DNA of 33,369 nt from Macrostomum lignano (Eukaryota). The stretch covers positions 1 through 33,369 of the forward strand of contig NIVC01000447.1 in the NCBI GenBank assembly GCA_002269645.1. Reading direction: 5' to 3'. The notes under the pieces were generated by a model, which was given only the letters and a program-made list of their open reading frames with translations, had not been told where the DNA came from and did not search any database. A program made the translations under genes and the position numbers. Position 1 is the first letter of the stretch. The number at the start of each line of letters is the position of its first letter. This document shows positions 10,908-22,419 of the stretch, one piece after another.

Positions 10908-11203
10908 AACCAGGTTAGGAAGATGCGCCACTCAATTAGCGATATAAATATAAATATACTAGCCATAGTAGTATAACAGTACTTTACACTGAATAATACC
11001 AAAAACATTTCACAAATATCATTAGCATATGAACAACATCAGGATAGCAGATAGAACAAACCACATCTTTTAATATTCGTTGCATTTTTTATAACTAAAG
11101 ACAGGCAGAAAAAAACGGGAAACCGGTAGAAAAGACAGTTCTTATAAATTTAACTGTAACAATGAGCTATTGTACATACGATATACTAATGCTAATCGGT
11201 ATG

Positions 11204-11643
11204 AACTGAGGATCTGGGAGTCTGGCACAGCAACTGAGGATCTGGGAGACTGGCCCAGCAACTGAGGATCTGGGAGTCTGGCACAGCAACTGAGGATCTG
11301 GGAGACTGGCCCAGCAACTGAGGATCTGGGAGGCTGGCCCAACAACTGAGGATCTGGGAGGCTGGCACAGCAACTGAGGATCTGGGAGACTGTCCCAGCA
11401 ACTGAGGATCTGGGAGGCTGGCCCAGCAACTGAGGATCTGGGAGGCTGGTGGCCCAGCAACTGAGGATCTGGGAGGCTGGCCAAGCAACTGAGGATCTTG
11501 GGAGGCGGGCCCAACAACTGAGGATCTTGGGAGGCTGTGGCCCAGCAACTGAGGATCTAGGAGGCTGGCCCAGCAACTGAGGATCTGGGAGGCTGGCCCA
11601 GCAACTGAGGATCTTGGGAGGCTGGTTCAGCAACTGAAGATCA
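11204..11643. repeat. 28-bp minisatellite caactgaggatctgggaggctggcccag in the DIP2 3' flank/UTR
   Basis: About 15 copies, starting about 75 nt after the DIP2 stop codon. Confidence 0.95.
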
Positions 11644-11718
11644 GAGACAAAACAACAAAGCAATACATGAGACACAGCAGAAAAAATTCAGGAGCTCAAG
11701 ATGAGGCGCACCCCAGCA

Positions 11719-11971
11719 TCACAGGTTGTAGGCCACATATACAGGATCCAGCCGGTCGCTCAGGAACCGGTCCCGCAGAACCGACCGAAGCTTCTCACCC
11801 CGCCCATTGGCCGGGATGGCGCCAGGGTCGCAGACGATGAGCACGGAGGCCACCAGCTGATGATCCCGGAGCAGCGCCGTGGTGGCCTGCGGCACCGCAT
11901 CGAGGGCGTCGGACTCGCGACAGCTGAGCTCCATTACCACAGCCAGCAGGGAGTCGCATGCGAACACCGCG
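11719..11971 (-). CDS. DIP2: DIP2 terminal exon (C-AVFACDSLL...RDRFLSDRLDPVYVAYNL-stop)
   Basis: Matches the characteristic DIP2 C-terminus (GEKQRMHLRDGFLADQLDPIYVAYNM). Acceptor tttccAG at 11973-11972, phase 2, and TGA at 11721-11719. Confidence 0.95.
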
Positions 11972-12029
11972 CTGGAAATGCATCAGTTGGTGTACAAGTA
12001 CAGCTGGCTTTAACCCTGTGTGTTTGCGT

Positions 12030-12515
<486 letters not shown>

Positions 12516-12538
12516 TACCCTCTCCCTCAGCCGCTCAC

Positions 12539-13155
12539 CAGTCCACAATGGCTGGGTGGCAGCGCACCACAGTGGCCTCCAAGTCAGCCGGATAATATCT
12601 GAGGCTGGTGCCGCCTCCAGCGCTGCAGCAGCCGGACAGGCCGGTCAGGCAGTCAGCCACGGCTCCGATGACAAACAGGGCGGGAGCCGGTCCGCTGTCA
12701 ACTTGGCGAATCACTCCCAGGTAGCCGGTTCTCGCCGACAGACCCGCCGCCGCGGTGGCCGCCGTCAACGGCTCGACGTTGCCGCGCGATCGGACGAGAA
12801 TTTCGCCAACATCGCCGCCTCGAACCGATGGAGTGGCGAGGGAGATCCGGGCGTCGGGCGCCGGCTGTCCGGCTTGCAGCAGAGCCACCGCGTTCGGACT
12901 GTCCGAGTCTACCGGGACCAGCCGGTCCTGACGCAGCGCCCTGGCGTCGGCGTAGATCGCTGCCGAGTCGGCGTCAACGTCTGTGGCCGGCAGGGTCAGA
13001 CAGGGGTTGACGCGGCAGCCGAATGAGCAGCGCAGGGCTGTCGGGCTGAGGCCCAGCGGCACCAGCAGGCGGCCGAACTTCGCGAGCAGTTCCGCCCTCG
13101 GCCGGTCCGTGCCCAGCACGATGAGGGACCGGAGGTTGGCCAGGCTGTGCTTTTG
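12539..13155 (-). CDS. DIP2: DIP2 exon ([13 protein letters not shown]...SFGCRVN...GEILVRS...[20 protein letters not shown])
   Basis: Homologous to the second adenylation-like domain of DIP2. Acceptor atttcAG at 13157-13156 and donor TG|GTGAGC at 12538. The frame joins the terminal exon as D-C-A-V-F. Confidence 0.92.
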
Positions 13156-13221
13156 CTGAAATAAGCATCAGTTCGATACATATCGGTAGACTTTGTAGAT
13201 CAGAGACACACGGGTAGATCG

Positions 13222-13991
13222 AAGCCAGATAAAAGCCAGATCAAAGCGAAGTTCAAAGCCAGATCAAAGCCAATATCAAAGCCAATATTCAAGCCAGATC
13301 AAAGCCAAGTTCAAAGCCAAAATCAAAGCCAGATCAAAGCCAAATTAAAGCCAATATCAAAGCCAAAATCAAAGCCAGTTCAAAGCCAAAATCAAAGCCA
13401 GATCAAAGCCAGATCAAAGCCAAATTAAAGCCAATATCAAAGCCATATTAAAGCCATCATCAAAGCCAAAATCAAAGCCAATATCAAAGCCAGATCAAAT
13501 CCAGTTCAAAGCCAATATCAAAGCCAATATCCAAGCCAGATCAAAGCCAATATCAAAGCCAAAATCAAAGCCAATATCAAAGCCAGATCAAATCCAGATC
13601 AAAGCCAATATCAAAGCCAATATCAAAGCCAGATCAAAGCCAATATCAAAGCCAAAATCAAAGCCAAAATCAAAGCCAGATCAAAGTTAAATTAAAGCCA
13701 ATATCAAAGCCAATATCAAAGCCAGATCAAAGCCAATATCAAAGCCAGATCAACGCCAATATCAAAGCCAGATCAAATCCAAAATCAAAGCCAATATCCA
13801 AGCCAGATCAAAGCCAAGTTCAAAGCCAATATCAAAGCCAGATCAAATCCAGATCAAAGCCAATATTAAAGCCAATATCCAAGCCAGATCAAAGCCAAGT
13901 TCAAAGCCAAAATCAAAGCCAGATCAAAGCCAATATCAAAGCCAGATCAAAGCCAATATCAAAGCCAACATTAAAGCCAGATCAAAGCCAA
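13222..13991. repeat. 11/12-bp minisatellite atcaaagccag / atcaaagccaat filling DIP2 intron 13156-14001
   Basis: About 65 copies, running to within about 10 nt of the donor site. Confidence 0.95.
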
Positions 13992-14001
13992 GCACACCCA
14001 C

Positions 14002-14544
14002 CTTGACAGACTCAGGTTGCAGCCGGGCGCAGCACCGGTCCAGCAGTTCATAGCCGCACAGGGCGTCACGCACAGACCGCTGCGCCAGCATCTGCAAGAA
14101 TCCGGCAGCGCCAGAAGCGCTGGGCTCCAATGACAAGGCGCCGGCTGGCATGAGCAGGGTGTGATGCCCGCAGGCTACGCTAGCCAGACAGGCAACAATG
14201 AAGGCCATCCCGCCGCTGTACAGGTCCACACAGGCGGGCAGGTCTCGGCCAAGCTGCAGGTCGCAGCGAGTCTGCAGGCACTGACAGGCGGCCATGGCGG
14301 CTCGGTGGGTGACGCGAACGCCGATGGGCGCGGAGCTGCCGGGAGTCTGCAGGGAATCGTCCTGCGGGCTGCCAGCGCCGCACAGGTCCAGATAAGCGGC
14401 GGACTCCGGATCAGTTTGCGAGGCCAGCTTTGAGTTGGGGTCGCCGCTGTCCGAGGCGGCTGCTTTCTCGGCCACTTTTTTTGCTTTGTCCAACTCGAGT
14501 AGGGGAGGCAGCGGCGGCCGGAGGTTCGGCTGGCTGGACTTGGC
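14002..14544 (-). CDS. DIP2: DIP2 exon (AKSSQPNL...AAYLDL...CVDLYSGGMAF...QPESVK)
   Basis: AYLD and CLDPY/GLGF-like DIP2 motifs. Acceptor gctcAG at 14546-14545 and donor AAG|GTGGGT at 14001, phase 0/0. Confidence 0.88.
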
Positions 14545-14669
14545 CTGAGCGGGCGGTTGGGTGAATTTCAAATTGTTGGAATGGAATTTTTAGTGAGATT
14601 TGGCATGTTGGGGATTTGAGAATAGGGACATAGGAATGGGATCAATCTGGGATTTCGGAAATTAGATCG

Positions 14670-15745
14670 GGATTTGGGACTTGGGAAATGGGGATCTGGG
14701 ACTTGGGAAATGGGGATCTGGGACTTGGGGAATGGGGATCTGGGACTTGGGGAATGGGGATCTGGGACTTGGGGAATGGGGATCTGGGTATTTGGAAATG
14801 TGGATCTAGAAATTGGGGATGAGGATCTGGGACTTGGGAAATGTGGATCTAGAAATTGGGGAATGAGGATCTGGGACTTGGGAAATGAGGATCTAGAAAT
14901 TGGGGAATGAGGATCTGGGACTTGGGAAATGTGGATCTAGAAATTGGGGAATGAGGATCTGGGACTTGGGAAATGAGGATCTAGAAATTGGGGAATGAGG
15001 ATCTGGGACTTGGGAAATGTGGATCTAGAAATTGGGGAATGAGGATCTGGGACTTGGGAAATGTGGATCTAGAAATTGGGGAATGAGGATCTGGGACTTG
15101 GGAAATGAGGATCTGGGACTTGAAGAATGGGGATCTAGAAATTGGGGAATGGGGATCTGAGACTTGGAGAATGGGGATCTGGGACTTGGAGAATGGGGAT
15201 CTGGGACTTGGAGAATGGGGATCTGGGACTTGGGGAATGGGGATCTGGGACTTGGGGAATAGGGATCTGGGACTTGGGGAATGGGGATCTGGGACTTTGG
15301 AAATGTGGATCTAGAAATTGGGGAATGAGGATCTGGGACTTGGGAAATGTGGATCTAGAAATTGGGGAATGAGGATCTGGGACTTGGGAAATGAGGATCT
15401 AGAAATTGGGGAATGAGGATCTGGGACTTGGGAAATGTGGATCTAGAAATTGGGGAATGAGGATCTGGGACTTGGGAAATGTGGATCTAGAAATTGGGGA
15501 ATGAGGATCTGGGACTTGGGAAATGAGGATCTGGGACTTGAAGAATGGGGATCTAGAAATTGGGGAATGGGGATCTGAGACTTGGAGAATGGGGATCTGG
15601 GACTTGGAGAATGGGGATCTGGGACTTGGAGAATGGGGATCTGGGACTTGGGGAATGGGGGTCTTGGACTTAGGGAATGAGAACTATGGGAATGAGATAG
15701 GAATCTAGGACTTGGAGAATGGGGATCTGGGACTTAAGAAGTGGG
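14670..15745. repeat. 22-bp minisatellite (ggggatctgggacttgggaaat and gaggatctagaaattggggaat, often alternating as a 44-bp dimer) in DIP2 intron 14545-15834
   Basis: Direct reading, about 48 units, with an internally duplicated block (about 14810-15200 recurs at about 15300-15640). Confidence 0.93.
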
Positions 15746-15834
15746 TATCTTGGAATTCATCGGATAGGAATCTTAGGCATAGGATCCATAAAATCAACAA
15801 GAGAAGCATGAATTAAAAAGACCCAGCGCCCCAC

Positions 15835-16587
15835 CTTCAGCAGCTTGGCCACGGGCTGGCTAGCAACTACGCCCACGCAGTCTGCAGCGCGGACCAGCCT
15901 AGCGAAAGCCGACAAGCTGCTGGGAGCGGGTGCAGGCGGCCGCATCACGGCGGGCACGCAGCCGGCCAGCATAGCGCCGAACAGTCCGGCAAGAAGGTCC
16001 GGGCCTGGAGCCGCTGCCACAGCCACAATGGGAGACACCAGCGCCTGTTGTTGAGCAGTGAGCTGCAGTCCAGTTCGAATCAGGCTGGCAACCCGATCGG
16101 CTCGTTTGAGCAGGCCCTGAGCGGTGAGCGGCTCGCCAACTGAGCAGCTGGCAACAATGTCTACGGTGTCGGCGGATGAGTCTCCGTCGGTGTCGGATGC
16201 GGACGAAGCGTCGGTGCAAACCGACAACAGTCGAGTGTCCGGCTCTCTGCTGGCTCGCCATCGAAGGGCGTCGGTCAGCGTCAGGCAGGGCAGCGTCGGC
16301 CCGGCGCTGCTGGAACTTGTCGAGCTCCGGTCCGACACCGACGGCTCGATAGACTCGACCGACTTCGAATCGTCGCTATTGTTGTCGATGTCGGAGGTCG
16401 GATTGTTGGCGTCGTCGATTAGTAACTGCAGCTGGTCGGCAACGGCGGCCTGGGGGCACATGAGCACGCGACAGGGTCGGAGTCGGCCGGCCGAGTACAG
16501 GTCTCGAACAGTGACGGTTTCCACGGAGCCGTGCGGACCGCGGGGCAGCGGGTTGGCCGGGACGAGGGCCAGGCAGTAAACTGACAG
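15835..16587 (-). CDS. DIP2: DIP2 exon (LSVYCLALVPANPLPR...LRWRA...GLFGAMLAGCVPAVMRPP...AKLLK)
   Basis: YCLALVPAN, LMCP, LQWRA-like and AGCVP DIP2 motifs. Acceptor aatcAG at 16589-16588 and donor AAG|GTGGGG at 15834. Confidence 0.93.
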
Positions 16588-16654
16588 CTGATTTGGGGGG
16601 GGGGGTTCGACATTCGAATACATCAGCTGAGGAAGGCAGGTGCCATATGTGTCT

Positions 16655-17106
16655 CCTGTAGGTAACCACAGAGGGTATCTTATCGCGACAGGTAACCACA
16701 GAGGGTATCTTATTGCGACAGGTAACCACAGAGGGTATCTTATCGCGACAGGTAACCACAGAGGGTATCTTATTGCGACAGGTAACCACAGAGGGTATCT
16801 TATTGAGAAAGGGTACCACAGAGGATATCTTATTGCGACAGGTAACCCCAGACAGAGGGTATCTTATTGAGACAGGTATCCGGAGAGGGTATCCTATTGA
16901 GACATTTATCCCCAGAAGGTATCTTATTGAGACAGGTAACCCCAGAGGGTATCTTAGTGAGACAGGTATCCTCAGAGGGTATCTTATTGAGACAGGTAAC
17001 CCCAGAAGGTATCTTATTGAGACATGTATCCCAGAAGGTATCTTATTGAGACAGGTATCCCCAGAAGGTATCTTATTGAGACAGGTAACCGAGAGGGTAT
17101 CTTATT
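16655..17106. repeat. 30-bp minisatellite gacaggtaaccacagagggtatcttattgc / gagacaggtaaccccagaaggtatcttatt in DIP2 intron 16588-17126
   Basis: About 15 copies with a gradient between two sub-types. The 10-aa periodic ORFs confirm the period. Confidence 0.93.
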
Positions 17107-17126
17107 GATCCAGCAAATCAGCACAC

Positions 17127-17390
17127 CTGGTGAATGCTCTCGATCGCCTGCAGCACGTGACAGGCCCAGGTGTGACAGCGCGAGTCGCTGGCGTCAGGGC
17201 GTTGCTCGGCAACCACAACGATTCGATCGTCGCCTAGCAACGGTTGGGCGAACACGGCTATGCGACCGCGATAGACGAATTTTAAAGGCTCAACAGCCAG
17301 CACGGTTGCTATGATGTCTTCGGCGCTGTGGCGTCGCTTAGCAACGCATAGTTGGGTGGCAATTGTGCCGCAAACGAATAGCAGGCCTCC
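17127..17390 (-). CDS. DIP2: DIP2 exon (GGLLFVCG...RRHSAEDIIATVLAVEPLKFVYRGRIAVF...VLQAIESIHQ)
   Basis: Near-identical to the DIP2 motif LAVEPMKFVYRGRIAVF...VVAEQRPDA...VLQAIDSIHQ. Acceptor accacAG at 17392-17391 and donor CAG|GTGTGC at 17126. Confidence 0.96.
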
Positions 17391-17574
17391 CTGTGGTGAC
17401 GCAATGGGGATTCATTGCTTGTTGGAAAGTGGAGAGCTGTTGGGGTATGTAGGGATGCTAGTTGAGGATTTGGACAGCTAGTTGAAGATCTGGGATTCTC
17501 GTTGAGGATCCCGGAAGTTAAACATCTAGGATTCTAGTTGAGTATCTGAGAAGATAATTAAGAATCTAAGTAGA

Positions 17575-18790
17575 GGATCTGGGTAGTTGAGGATCTGGGT
17601 AGTTAAGGATCTGGGTAGTTGAGGATCTGGGTAGTTGAGGATCTGGGTAGTTGAGGATCTGGGTAGTTGAGGATCTGGGTAGTTGAGGATCTGGGTAGTT
17701 GAGGATCTGGGTAGTTGAGGATCTGGGTAGTTGAGGATCTGGGTAGTTGAGGATCTGGGTAGTTGAGGATTTGGGTAGTTGAGGATTTGGGTAGTTGAGG
17801 ATCTGGGTAGTTGAGGATCTGGGTAGTTGAGGATCTGGGTAGTTGAGGATCTGGGTAGTTGAGGATCTGGGTAGTTGAGGATCTGGGTAGTTGAGGATCT
17901 GGGTAGTTGAGGATCTGGGTAGTTGAGGATCTGGGCAGTTGAGGATCTGGGTAGTTGAGGATCTGGGTAGTTGAGGATCTGGGTAGTTGAGGATCTGGGT
18001 AGTTGAGGATTTGGGTAGTTGAGGATCTGGGTAGTTGAGGATCTGGGTAGTTGAGGATCTGGGTAGTTGAGGATCTGGGTAGTTGAGGATTTGGGTAGCT
18101 GAGGATTTGGGTAGTTGAGGATTTGGGTAGTTGAGGATCTGGGTAGTTGAGGATTTGGGTAGTTGAGGATCTGGGTAGTTGAGGATCTGGGTAGTTGAGG
18201 ATCTGGGTAGTTGAGGATTCGGGTAGTTGAGGATCTGGGTAGTTGAGGATGTTGGTAGTTGAGGATTTGGGTAGTTAAGGATCTGGGTAGTTGAGGATCT
18301 CGGTAGTTGAGGATTTGGGTAGTTGAGGATCTGGGTAGTTGAGGATCTGGGTAGTTGAGGATCTGGGTAGTTGAGGATCTGGGTAGTTGAGGATTGGGTA
18401 GTTAAGGATCTGGGTAGTTGAGGATCTGGGTAGTTGAGGATCTGGGTAGTTGAGGATCTGGGTAGTTGAGGATCTGGGTAGTTGAGGATGTTGGTAGTTG
18501 AGGATCTGGGTAGTTGAGGATGTTGGTAGTTGAGGATCTGGGTAGTTGAGGATCTGGGTAGTTGAGGATCTGGGTAGTTGAGGATCTGGGTAGTTGAGGA
18601 TGTTGGTAGTTGAGGATCTGGGTAGTTGAGGATCTGGGTAGTTGAGGATGTTGGTAGTTGAGGATCTGGGTAGTTGAGGATGTTGGTAGTTGAGGATCTG
18701 GGTAGTTGAGGATCTGGGTAGTTGAGGATCTGGGTAGTTGAGGATCTGAGTTGAGGATCTGAGTTGAGGATCTGAGTTGAGGATCTGAGT
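17575..18790. repeat. 16-bp minisatellite gggtagttgaggatct (ending in a few 13-bp gagttgaggatct units) in DIP2 intron 17391-18970
   Basis: About 73 copies, flanked on both sides by degenerate 20-bp units. Confidence 0.97.
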
Positions 18791-18970
18791 TGAGGATCTA
18801 AGAAAAAATGAGGATCTGCGATGATCTAAGCTGAGGATCTGGGAAGTTGACTGAGGATCATAGAATCTATTTAAGGATCTATGAAGCTAGCTGAGAGTTT
18901 GAGACGCTACTCGAAAAATTATTTTTAATGTTAAAAAAACCACACAAAACAACCAGAGCCACTCTCTTAC

Positions 18971-19297
18971 CGAAGTAGGCGGGCCCAGAAAGCCGATCAA
19001 TCCGGTGCGCACAAAGGCCCCATCAGTGCCCGATCCCGCTGAGTCAATTTCGTCTCCCGTAGCGCTCACAGGCCGGCAGTTGAACACCCGTTCATTCGGC
19101 GAGTCGTTCCCGGCGTACCTGGCCGCTGAGTAGCGAGAGCAGACGCAGATTTCGCCAACTTCATCAACGCGGCACAGCTGCGGCCGGGACTCCGTGGCGC
19201 CCTGACGGCCGAGACGGACCACCGCGACAGCCGACTGGGGCAGCAGGTGGCCGCAGTCTTGCAGGGTGAGCGACGTGTAGGACGAATCAGAGTCCAC
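18971..19297 (-). CDS. DIP2: DIP2 exon (VDSDSSYTSLTLQDCG...QLCRVDEVGEICVC...FVRTGLIGFLGPPTS)
   Basis: Matches DIP2 QLCRTDEIGELCV and RTGLLGFIGP. Acceptor gccAG at 19299-19298 and donor TCG|GTAAGA at 18970. Confidence 0.95.
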
Positions 19298-19369
19298 CTG
19301 GCAGCGGCAGAGTGCAGGGGTTTCTGATAGGGTATTGACTCATTGACTGGGGGCCCAGAAACTGAGGAT

Positions 19370-21500
19370 TCTATTTGACTCTTGGAAGATATTTGAATAT
19401 TCTAGAGGCCCTCTAGGGATCTGGGAAGCTAATTGAGCATTTGGGGAGCTTTCTAGGGATCTGGGGAGCTTTCTAGGGATCTGGGGAGCTTTCTAGGGAT
19501 CTGGGGAGCTTTCTAGGGATCTGGGGAGCTTTCTAGGGATCTGGGGAGCTTTCTAGGGATCTGGGGAGCTTTCTAGGGATCTGGGGAGCTTTCTAGGGAT
19601 CTGGGGAGCTTTCTAGGGATCTGGGGAGCTTTCTAGGGATCTGGGGAGCTTTCTAGGGATCTGGGGAGCTTTCTAGGGATCTGGGGAGCTTTCTAGGGAT
19701 CTGGGGAGCTTTCTAGGGATCTGGGGAGCTTTCTAGGGATCTGGGAAATTATTTGAGGATCTGGGGGGCTTTCTAAGGATCTGGAAAGCCATTCGAGGAT
19801 CTGGGAAGCTATTTAAGGATCTGGGAAGCTATTTAAGGATCTGGGAAGCTATTTCAGGATCTAGAAAGCTATTTGAGGATCTAGAAAGCTATTTAAGGAT
19901 CTGAGAAGCTAGTTGAGGATCTGAGATGCTAGTTGAGGATCTGGGAAGCTATTTAAGGATCTGGGAAGCTATTTAAGGATCTGGGAAGCTATTTAGGGAT
20001 CTGGGAAGCTATTCAAAGATCTGGGAAGCTATTCAAGGATCTGGGAAGCTAGTTGAGGATCTGGGAAGCTATTTGAGGATCTGAAAATCTAATTGAGGAT
20101 CTGGCAAGCTAATTGAGGATCTGGAAATCTAATTGAAGATCTGGGAAGCTAATTGAGAATCTGGGAAGCTTTCTGAGAATCTAGGATGCTAGTTGAGGAT
20201 CTGGGAAGCTATCTAAGGAGCTGGAAAGCTATTTAAGGATCTGGGAAGCTAATTGAGGATCTGGGAAGCTAATTGAGGATCTGGGAAGCTATCTAAGGAG
20301 CTGGAAAGCTATTTAAGGATCTGGGAAGCTAATTGAGGATCTGGGAAGCTAATTGAGGATCTGGGAAGCTATCTAAGGAACTGGAAAGCTATTTAAGGAT
20401 CTGGGAAGCTATTTAAGGATCTGGGAAGCTATTCAAGGATCTGGGAAGCTAGTTGAGCATTTGGGGAGCTTTCTAGGGATCTGGGGAGCTTTCTAGGGAT
20501 CTGGGGAGCTTTCTAGGGATCTGGGGAGCTTTCTAGGGATCTGGGGAGCTTTCTAGGGATCTGGGGAGCTTTCTAGGGATCTGGGAAATTATTTGAGGAT
20601 CTGGGGGGCTTTCTAAGGATCTGGAAAGCCATTCGAGGATCTGGGAAGCTATTTAAGGATCTGGGAAGCTATTTCAGGATCTGAGAAGCTAGTTGAGGAT
20701 CTGAGATGCTAGTTGAGGATCTGGGAAGCTAGTTGAGGATCTGGGAAGCTATTTAAGGATCTGAGAAGCTAGTTGAGGATCTGAGATGCTAGTTGAGGAT
20801 CTGGGAAGCTAGTTGAGGATCTGGGAAGCTATTTAAGGATCTGGGAAGCTATTTAAGGATCTGGGAAGCTATTTAAGGATCTGGGAAACTATTCAAAGAT
20901 CTGGGAAGCTATTCAAGGATCTGGGAAGCTAGTTGAGGATCTGGGAATCTAATTGAAGATCTGGGAAGCTAATTGAGGATCTGGAAATCTAATTGAAGAT
21001 CTGGGAAGCTAATTGAGAATCTGGGAAGCTTTCTGAGAATCTGGGATGCTAGTTGAGGATCTGGGAAGCTATCTAAGGAGCTGGAAAGCTATTTAAGGAT
21101 CTGAGAAGCTAATTGAGGATCTGGGAAGCTAATTGAGGATCTGGGAAGCTATCTAAGGAGCTGGAAAGCTATTTAAGGATCTGGGAAGCTAGTTGAGGAT
21201 CTAGGAAGCTAATTGAGAATCTGGAAAGCTTTCTGAGAATCTGGGATGCTAGTTGAGGATCTGGAAAGCTATTTAAGGATCTGGAAGCTATTTAAGGATC
21301 TGGGAAGCTAATTGAGGATCTGGGAAGCTAATTGAGGATCTGGGAAGCTATCTAAGGAGCTGGAAAGCTATCTGAGGATTTGAGAAGCTATTTGAGGATT
21401 TGGGAAGCTAATTGAGGATCTGGAAATCTAATTGAAGATCTGGGAAGCTAATTGAAGATAATGGAAAGCTATTCGAGTATCTGGAACTCCAAATTACAAT
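19370..21500. repeat. 20-bp minisatellite (gggaagctagttgaggatct and variants such as ggggagctttctagggatct) in DIP2 intron 19298-21538
   Basis: About 105 units with a roughly 1-kb higher-order duplication. The diagnostic block at 19741-19800 recurs at 20581-20640. Confidence 0.96.
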
Positions 21501-21538
21501 GCAAGAAGCTATTTAAGAACTTGGGAGGAGTTCCTTAC

Positions 21539-22309
21539 CTGCACTAGTCCATAGCTCAGCCCGTGCATGCTGACAACGCCCCGACCAACAGAGTAGCCCG
21601 GTCTGCGCAGGCTGACAGTCAGAGACTCAGGCGAGTAGGCACACGTGACCAGACAGTTCGGGCTCAAGCCCCGGCTTCGAAAACAAGTCAAGAAAGAATC
21701 GCACGACGTCAACGACCAAGGATTGGTGGAGTCTGCTACTAGAAGACAGCGCAGACTAGCCAGACTCATTCCGCTAGTAGAGCTCTCGTCTTTTCCAGCC
21801 AGCAGAGACCAGTAGAGATCGCGCGATTTCGCCCAAGCATAGGCCACCCGTTGCTTAGCAACCAGACGCAGCCAAGCTAATGAATCGGATTTCATCAGAC
21901 TGTAGGGTACAAAATACACGTGCAGACCGGCTAGCATAGCGGCTACCAGGCCGTGCCATAGGCCGACATCACGGCGAGGATCCAGCAGACATACGGCCGT
22001 GTCGCCTTTGCCGTAGCCCAGCGCTGAGCAGAGCGCTTTGCCGTGGCTCAGCAGAGCAGCTCTGGATATGCACACAGCTCTGGCGCTGCCGTCTCTGGCT
22101 GGGCCGCATTCAGCATAGGCTAGCGGCTGCTGCTGGCTCTGCTGTCCAGACTGGGGCGGTCGCCAGTCCTTCGCCGGTTTAGTCAGGCCCTGGGCATCGG
22201 CCAGGATCCAGTGCAAGCCGCTCGGCCAGCCCGGGTAAGAGGGCGGCTCGTGCTGGGACTGAGTCTTCAGCTGGCGATAGAATGATTCGCTAGTGAGCAC
22301 GGCTCGGGC
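21539..22309 (-). CDS. DIP2: DIP2 exon (ARAVLTSE...GWP...LLDPRRDVGLWHG...SLRCLLVADSTNPWSLTSCDSFL...MHGLSYGLVQ)
   Basis: Strong match to the first DIP2 adenylation-like domain (VGLWHG, LLVADGANPWSISSCDAFL, GLSYG). Acceptor cacaAG at 22311-22310 and donor CAG|GTAAGG at 21538. Confidence 0.95.
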
Positions 22310-22419
22310 CTTGTGAGGTGGGGGCGGTGGTTTGCGTTTTTTGTATGCCAGTGTAATATAAAAACTTAATTAGTCAATAGACATGCCGGGAAGTGTGTCA
22401 GGTGTGTAGATAGGTGTGT

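Noticed and set aside
14674-17314. Gly/Trp-rich (GNGDLGLGEW) and RGYLIATGNH repeat ORFs
   Set aside because: They are antisense read-outs of intronic 22- and 30-bp arrays.
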